Both the position numbers and the translations under genes were made by a program. Below the pieces are notes generated by a model. That model saw only the letters and a list, made by a program, of their open reading frames with translations. It was not told the origin of the DNA and searched no databases. Positions 56,282 to 64,000 of a DNA stretch of 64,000 nucleotides are shown here, piece after piece (position 1 is the first letter of the stretch; each line of letters begins with the position of its first letter). The stretch comes from Amoebidium appalachense. Its lineage: Eukaryota > Protista > Ichthyosporea. The stretch covers positions 8,808,001 to 8,872,000 of the forward strand of contig CAVNZM010000012.1 in the NCBI GenBank assembly GCA_963693365.1. The letters run 5' to 3'.

Positions 56282-59200
56282 ATGGGGGATAGAAGTAAGA
56301 ACGACGGCGCGTTGGTGCCGGGTCCCACCACCGCCACCACTCAAGGTATGCGTCAAGTTGCTCTGGGCCTTTCAAACGATTTTATTTGTTTCCTTTGGGC
56401 AGTGAAAGAAGACAGCTGGTGTTATTTTATGGCTTCTCTTTAGGACTATTTAAAACGTTGTCTCTTTACGGTTTTGTGTTGTTGTGTTGCTACTGCAGTT
56501 GCGTGTGCATGCTTTGCCCTACCGGTGAACGCGAAGTAGAACTGCTTAGTTGTTATTTTTTGGTAACACTCTCGATGCATCGTTTTTACGTTTGAATTAT
56601 TATACCTTTCCCTACCTCCCCCCCCCCCTCCCTTCCCCCCTCCCCCTCCCTCTCTCCCTCCTTCTATCCCTCCCTCCCTCCCTCCCATCTCTCCCTCCCT
56701 CCCCCCCCCTCTCCCCCCTCCCCCCCCCCCTCGCTTCCTCTCTCGCCCTCTCTCTCTCCCTCTCCCTCTATGTAAGTGTGTGTGTGTGCCTCCCTCCCTC
56801 CTTTCCCTACTTCCCCCTCCCTCCTTCCCTCCCTCACTCTCTCATTCCTCTCTCCCTTCCTCCCTGCCTGCCTCCCCCTCCCCTCCCCCCCCCCCCCCCC
56901 CCCCCCTTCACTCCCTTTTCCTGTACATTCTCCCTCTTTCCCTCTCCCTCCCTCCCCCTGCCCCCCTCCCCTAGCCCTACGCTCCCCTCACTCTTCACCC
57001 CTCCCTTCGCGCCCGTTTGTCCCCTATCTTCTTTCAGAGCTGTCCTTTAGAGCAAACCACTGTATGGAGTTATGTTGTACACCCATGCAACCGGGCATGG
57101 TTGCTCCCTATGGTGTATCTGTAAGCACATATGCCATTTTGGCTGCACAATGCAATGGTTTGCCCACACACACATTCACCTTTTAGCTAACATAAGCAAC
57201 CCTGCCCATATCTGAACAAGAAGGATAATCCACCCATGTTCCCTTGATGCTGTTGATTGAATTAGTTTTCGCCAGCGAGGCTAGGAGGTCGAAACCCAGA
57301 TGTAGATAATGACTAGGTTCTGCTTGTGTTGCATACTGTAGGTGATTGCGTGCTTTTGCATGTGTCCTGAAAAGTGTTTCCTCATCATGTCGTCGTGCTT
57401 CGTGTCGTGTGCCGCATTATACCCCAACCCCTCCCCCCCTCCCCCCCCTTGTCCCTCCTCTCCCTTCTGGTCAGAGTATCTCCTTATCTTCTTTCTGTCT
57501 CCCACCCTTCCCCTCTTCCCTTCTTTTCTGACCTCTTACTTTCACCCTCCCTTCCTCCCGGCCGGACTCTCCCCTTATCGCACCTCCCTCGTCCCTACCC
57601 CCCGTTTGCTTCGCTCCTTCCCTCCCTCCCTCCCTCCGCTCCCTCCCCCGTCTACCCAACCACACACATACACTTGGTACGCATTTTTTTATTATCCCAT
57701 GCCGCACCATCGTATCAAGTGTCGCACATGTGCAAGTGTGTATGCTTGTATATGCCATGGTTTCCGTGTGTGCTTGCGTGCAACCGTTTCTAACACAATG
57801 GTTTTTCCAGCTGTCCGTGTGCATGCTTGTGCTCGCGTGTGCTTCTTGTTCATACCATTAATAACCCAATATCGCTTGAAGTTTTATTTTCTGCTGATAA
57901 TACACCGTAGATGTTAGGCAGTCTCAGTATTACCTTATGCTGCAGTTTAAGAAGGTAATGTCGTATCTGATTGGAATTTATCTTGTCTGATCCGTCTTTG
58001 TCATATAGCGACCAATAGATCTCCACCATCACCCTTGTCCCGTGACTGACTGTGTGCACACGCAGATGCCCCCCTCGTCCGCCTTCCCAACGAGCTTCTC
58101 TTCCAGATTATTCGCCATCTGCCCCTTGCCAGCCGCCTGTCGTTTTCCCTCGTGTGCCGTCGATGCTGCGCCCTGGCACGGTTCCCCCAGGCAGGCCTAA
58201 TCACAATATCCGCTTTTGTTGTCAAAACGGGGCGTCAAGGAACGGACAGATTTGTGGTGTGTGATTTGGACGAGATAAAACCGTGGCATGCGGCAATCGG
58301 AACAGTCAGATTGGAGCCACATAGAGACTGGCCTTGGGAAATTGACGAACAGCGAAACCGTGCATACCGCTTTTGCCGTGAAATCGCCAACCTCACTAAC
58401 GTGGAAAAGGTGAAAGTCTTGCACGGGGGTGTGTTGCGGCTGGGGGGTTTGTTGCGGAACTTCGATGAGGTAATTTTCGACTCTCTTGTGGATGTGGCGC
58501 TCCGGTTGGTCGGGGGTAGCCTAAAATCTGTTGTTTTTGGCAGGAGTTGTTACATTCGAAGGGATATACCAGAGGAATTTCTCCGGGCGGTTTGGAACCG
58601 ATGTCCCGTTTTGGAAAGTCTGTGTGTGCATAGTCGCTCCCTTTCGTTCCTGGACGGTTTGAGCCAGTCGTCGATCGTGCAGAGAAAATTAGAGTTAAAG
58701 AAACTCAAGCTAGTATTGCACGATAATGATTTAAGCTTAATGCCCGCCATACCTCGGATGTTCCCAAATATGGAAGAAATCGTGATCGACATTGAAGACA
58801 TTAAAGATTTACACCCCAATGAGAAGCTCGATTTTCGCCGCACTGGGGGTGTGTGAAAACCTGAAACGGTTGTCGATTTCCTCATATTTCGGGCGGAATC
58901 GCGTAGTTGTGCCGTTCCTTCCCAATTTGGAAGCGCTCGAAGTTCAGCTAAGTGGTCCGTTGGACCTATCAGCGATCAGACCATGCAAGAATTTGCGCAA
59001 AATCGCCATCCATTGCAACAGTATCCACGGAATGTTCCATCTGGAAACAAATCGATTGGAGTCGTATTCCGGGTATTTTGAAGCCCCCCAGTCCCAGGAC
59101 ACGGAGCCTCGCGAAACACCACCTTCATTCTTGGGTCAATCCGCCAAAACGTTGAGAGAACTCACCCTTCGCATCGTTGCATTTTCCACTGGATGGCTAG

Positions 59201-60007
59201 CCCAGTTTTCCGCCCTCACGTCACTTTCCATTACGAACTGTGTTGTTTCGGTCGATGAGGGGGCACCAGGGACCGATGGTGCAATCGTATTGGATTGCAT
59301 GCCGTTGCTAAGGGAGCTAACCATCTTTTACGGTAATATTGCGCACATTTCAGCGACGTCCACACAACGCCACCTGCAGATTGTTAAGGTCGAAAGTTGC
59401 AAGTCTTTGCACGATATCGGAGGAATCTCGAAATGCAACAGGTTCCATGACGTCACTTTTTCACGCTGTCCCAAACTCAACGCCTCAACCGTCCAATTGC
59501 CGCCTTCCATTGGCAGGCTTTCGCTAGAAAATGTTTCCGGGGACACGCTGTTTGCAATCAACCACCCCAACCTGCGGTCGTTAACGATTCGCAGTTTAAA
59601 CGACCTCACCAAATTTGGCAATGTGCGCATGCACGCACCAATGCTAGCAGTGCTTGAGGTACACAGTTGCCCCAATTTGGCCGACATCAGTGCACTAGAG
59701 GGCGCCACAGCAATCAGATAATCATTTGCCCCAATCTGACCGACATCAGTGCACTAGCGGGCGCCACAGCACTCAAAACACTCAGAATGGCAAATTTGTA
59801 TTCGCTACGCAGCCTCGAGTCTTTAAGGGGCCACCCAAACCTCACTGTGTAGTGGTGAGTTGTTCAAATATGGACCTTACCGCCCTTGCAACCTGCCCCA
59901 ACATCACACCCGAGTCTGTGTGTCCTTTTGGATACTTCGCATCAAGCGAGGAAAAGAAAAGGGTGGAAGAGCTGCAAGATGCAATGCAGAGACGGGCCCT
60001 TGGATAG
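56282..60007 (+). pseudogene. F-box / leucine-rich-repeat (FBXL-like) gene with three frameshifts
   Basis: Exon 56282-56345 (MGDRSK..., phase 1) joins an exon starting at 58066. F-box: LVRLPNELLFQIIRHLPLASRLSFSLVCRRCCALA, followed by LRRs (CPVLESL, CENLKRLSI, CPNLADISAL). Frame breaks at about 58832 (extra T), 59718 and 59848. Confidence 0.8.
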
Positions 60008-60114
60008 CCAAGGGTATGGATTCCAACCCCCCCCCCCCCCCCCCCCTCCTTCCCTCCCTTCCCATCTCGAACAACGCATGCACTTTCACATTCACACGCA
60101 CACGCACGCGCTCG

Positions 60115-60159
<45 letters not shown>

Positions 60160-60272
60160 GCGCACGCACACACACACACATGCACACTCACAGGCACACA
60201 CAAGCACGCACATGCAGGCACACATCAAACACATCCCTCCCCATCCCCCCCCCCCCCCCCCCCCCCTCCTCC

Positions 60273-60313
<41 letters not shown>

Positions 60314-60780
60314 CCCCGAAATGCACAGTGTCACGAACACTTCAAAAGCATCTCTCCGTCCATTTGATTGGTTAAGGTCACGTGTGTGCGCGCAACACAA
60401 AGCATGTGCTTAGACCGCACTTTTAAGCTCCACAAACCCGTGTCCATTGCCCCGTTCTATTTATAGCACGTGCAGGCATATGAAAGCACATGCGTACGTT
60501 CACACCCACTCAGGCATGCCACTGCCCTTTGTCCCCTCTGATTTGAGACCTACCCCCCCCCCCCTTCTCCCGCCTCCCTCCCCCCCCCCCCCCCCCCCCC
60601 GTCCCCACCTTCCAAATTACCAAGAAACATAAGCACTCAAACTCCCATGACCATGTCATGCACATAATCGTTCAGAGTCACACACGCGTGCACACACCCA
60701 CCCACATACACACGTTCAGGTCCCCCCCCTCCCCCTCCCCCCCCCCCTCCGTTTCTCTCTTTACAATTCACACACACACA

Positions 60781-60816
60781 CTCACACACACACTCGCACA
60801 CATACACACACTCTCT

Positions 60817-60872
<56 letters not shown>

Positions 60873-60894
60873 TCTCTCTCTCTCTCTCCCTCTC

Positions 60895-60946
<52 letters not shown>

Positions 60947-61176
60947 CCCCCCCCCCCTCTCCCCCTCTCCCTCTCTCGCTCGCTCGCTCTCTCTCTTTCC
61001 CTCTCCCTCCCTCCCTCCCTCCCTCTCTCTCTCCCTCCCTCCCTCCCTCCCCCCCCCTCCCGTCCCCCCCTCCCTCCCTCCCCCCCTCCTCCCCCCTCCC
61101 CCCCCTCTCCTCTCTCGCTCTCTCGCCCCCCCCCCCCCCTCCCCCTCTCCCCCTCCCTCTCTCTCTCTCTCTCTCT
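60781..61176. repeat. (CT)n / C-rich polypyrimidine block
   Basis: About 350 nt almost purely C/T on the + strand; similar block at 56605-57010. Confidence 0.85.
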
Positions 61177-61383
61177 GTGTGTGTCTCGCTCTGGCTCACT
61201 CGCTCAGTTACTTGCACATTTACCCACCCACACACCGATACTGACCCTCCCACTCACCCATCCACTCCACCCAACCCACAGACACAGCCCCCAACCCCAC
61301 GTGTGTGTGGGCTGTCGATGCTGTGGTGACCGAATTTGGGCTCCAACACGGTGGCGGATTGGAGTGGGTGGAGCGTGACGTTT

Positions 61384-61447
<64 letters not shown>

Positions 61448-62086
61448 CGCGCGCGTGCGCGCACGCGCGTGCGTGCGTGTGTGCGTGTGTGCAGATAGAT
61501 CGATAGGTTAGGGCCCTGGGGATTTTTTTTATAAAACCTTTTTTTGTTGAGCACCAAAACCTCTCACCCAAATATCCATATTTGGCTAATCTGTCAGATC
61601 GCGCACAAATTATTTGCTAATGCATTTTTGTCATCTTGTAATTCAAGAGTCATGTGGTATATCTTAGCGTTTTCTTCTTTATTGGCATTTCTCTTTTTGA
61701 ATGATACAATTTTCTTGCGGATTGTAATACATACCATAGAATCTATCTGTGAGTTTTCTTGCCTTGTCGTAGACTTAATCTCTGACTTTTCTTTTCGCTC
61801 TCATCTTGAAGTTTATGTGACATTTTACTCATCTTGGATGTTATCAGACTATCGAATTCATAAAATGTGTGTTGTAGTTCCAACCCCCTCCCCCCCCTTT
61901 CCCCGTTTCTTTTTTTTTTTTTTTTTGCCGTGGTTGTGGTGTGGGCATGTATAAGCAAATTTTGAAATCTTCGCAGTTATGATGCCAGCATGTATGTTGT
62001 TGTTGCCATCTGACTGTGTGCGTTCGTGCCTGTGTGAGAGCTTTGTCATGTTCATGTATATACGGTTGGTGGTGATTGGCCCTTAC

Positions 62087-62211
62087 ATGTTGCAACATGT
62101 GTGCCACTATGCCCAGGTGGCAAGGCACCACCAAATGCAATCCTAAGAAAGTCGGTTTGGGCATTATATCGAGAGCATGAAGTATGTCATTTGTGTATAC
62201 AAATCCCCCCC

Positions 62212-62242
<31 letters not shown>

Positions 62243-62322
62243 AAAAAAAGTTAATACACACACATTGTCGGACACCTTGACACCACCCGCAGGGCTTCTT
62301 TTTTTTGGCGTGCATGCGCGCA

Positions 62323-62362
<40 letters not shown>

Positions 62363-62675
62363 GTGGTGGTGCTGGTGCTGGTGCTGGTGCTGGGGTGGGA
62401 ACGGGGAGAGCGGGAGGGGGGGAGGAAGGAAAGGTAGCGAGGGAGAGGTCTGAAGGGTTAGGGGAAAGAGGTGAAAAGAAGGCATGGCATTGTATTTGGT
62501 TAGTGATGGGGATGAACGAGGTGGTTGAACGGGTCATACTGTGAAAATATGTTGCGGGGAATTATGGGTGACCAAAGCAATAAGCCTACCAAGGCAGGCC
62601 GAGGTGAGGAAGTGCAGCCAGCGGGCTGCATTTGGCATGGGTACCGGTGGTCACCCAAATAAGCAAGTTGTAGCC
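62087..62675 (-). CDS. Possible internal exons of an unresolved minus-strand gene
   Basis: 62675-62590 (GYNLLIWVTTGTHAKCSPLAALPHLGLPW, donor GTAGGC) joins in phase to 62142-62087 (IAFGGALPPGHSGTHVAT, donor GTAAGG). Flanking exons were not resolved. Confidence 0.3.
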
Positions 62676-62790
62676 CTACTGTGGTAATATCACTCATTTC
62701 CGAAGTATGATTGTGGGATAATTTGAAATGCAAAAGAAAAGAAAACTGGGCAAGTCCGAGCATGACTGTTTGCTTTTTTTCCCTTTTTTT

Positions 62791-62823
<33 letters not shown>

Positions 62824-63060
62824 GGGAGGGAGGGCGAGGTAGGGTGGGTGGGTGGGGGGGAGGGGGAGGGGGAGGGGAGGCAGGGTGCCGGGTTTCGAAA
62901 CACAAGAGGATCCTGTCGAGTCAGCACACAGGAATGATGAAAACAGAAATAAAACTTAATGATAGGCGATGAAGGCCTTGTGGTCCCTGGAACAACAATG
63001 GGAAAGGCAGGAGTGAGAGAGGGGGGCGGGGGGAGGCGGACGGGGGGGGGGGAGGGGGGA

Positions 63061-63097
<37 letters not shown>

Positions 63098-63928
63098 GAC
63101 ATGTATGCAGCAGCTGTGATGGGTCATATAAGTTTATGAAAGTTCCGTGTGCGCACAGTGAGTGCGTGTGCGTGCGTGTGTGTGGAGTCTATATCCGTAT
63201 GTGCGTGTGTGTGTGTGGGTTGGTGGGTGGTGGTGGTGGTGGAGGGGAAGGAGGGGGGACTGCTCCGTGCCACATAGGGGGAGTGCGACTGTGTGTGTGT
63301 GAAGGCTTTGTGTGTGTGCATTATCATTCGGTCCCTGTGTGTCTGTGTGTGAGCATGCGCGTGAGTGTGTGTGGATGGCATGTTTGACAAGGTGTGTGTG
63401 CGTGTGTGTGTGTCTGTTAGTGTGTGTGTGTGTGTGTGCAGGTGTGTTTGCATGTGTGACCGTGTGTGTGCTTCTGTGTGTACGTGTGGGCATTTTGTGT
63501 CTGTTTGTTACGCTCTCTCACGCGTGTGTATGTGTGCGCGCTTGTTGTATGTCCCACCAATCCAAGGGCGGACTGGGGAGGGGGGAAGGGGGAGGGGGGG
63601 GGGGGGGGGGTAGGAGGAGGGCAGGGAGAGGAAGGGGGAGGTGGCATAATGATTATACGCATGTTAGCCACGCATATGCTGCTCCTTGATCCACAGTCAA
63701 CCAAAACAATACACTGTGGCAAAACAGTTTACAGGCATTATTCTTGTCCTGTTAATGTTTCCTTTCCTTTGGCCCTATGAAATATGCAGTGCCACCGGGT
63801 ACTTCAGATTAGATAGGCAATTTGAGCCAAATAAAAAATAAAAAATTATCATATGCCTCTTCCCTTATGAGCAAGAATTTGAAGAGGAGAGGGGGGGGGG
63901 GGGGGGGGGGGGGGGAAGGGGGGGGGAA

Positions 63929-63966
<38 letters not shown>

Positions 63967-64000
63967 CTAATGGTTGTGTACTGCACGGTAGGCAGCCTTG

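Overview
Eukaryotic genomic DNA with intron-rich genes. Introns and intergenic DNA are saturated with (CA)n/(GT)n repeats and poly-C/poly-G tracts, so almost the whole supplied ORF track is low-complexity noise. Manual GT-AG splicing with phase checks gives these models: (1) a 5'-truncated G-alpha subunit with G-alpha-s-like motifs (+, 16-9007); (2) a signal-peptide, RDEL-terminated fucosyltransferase-superfamily enzyme (+, 10773-22109); (3) a PPPY + LITAF-like zinc protein (-, 23224-23600); (4) a PAC2-family proteasome chaperone resembling archaeal PbaA/PbaB, ending in HbYX MYM (+, 24745-29984); (5) a 1073-aa protein with an LMO7/LIMCH1-type CH domain, one LIM, 23 tandem C4 half-LIM zinc fingers and two C-terminal LIMs (+, 36964-45639); (6) an unrecognised microexon-rich gene (-, about 46300-53479); (7) a frameshifted F-box/LRR pseudogene (+, 56282-60007); and a possible partial gene near 62-63 kb. 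Non-coding features include a dispersed ~130-bp element family sitting next to poly-C tracts, an inverted MITE pair flanking a G-alpha exon, tandem echoes of branch-point, acceptor and stop-codon regions, and acceptors where (AC)n replaces the branch point/polypyrimidine tract. A unicellular holozoan or related opisthokont source is inferred from gene content only. All family assignments come from motif recognition, not database searches.
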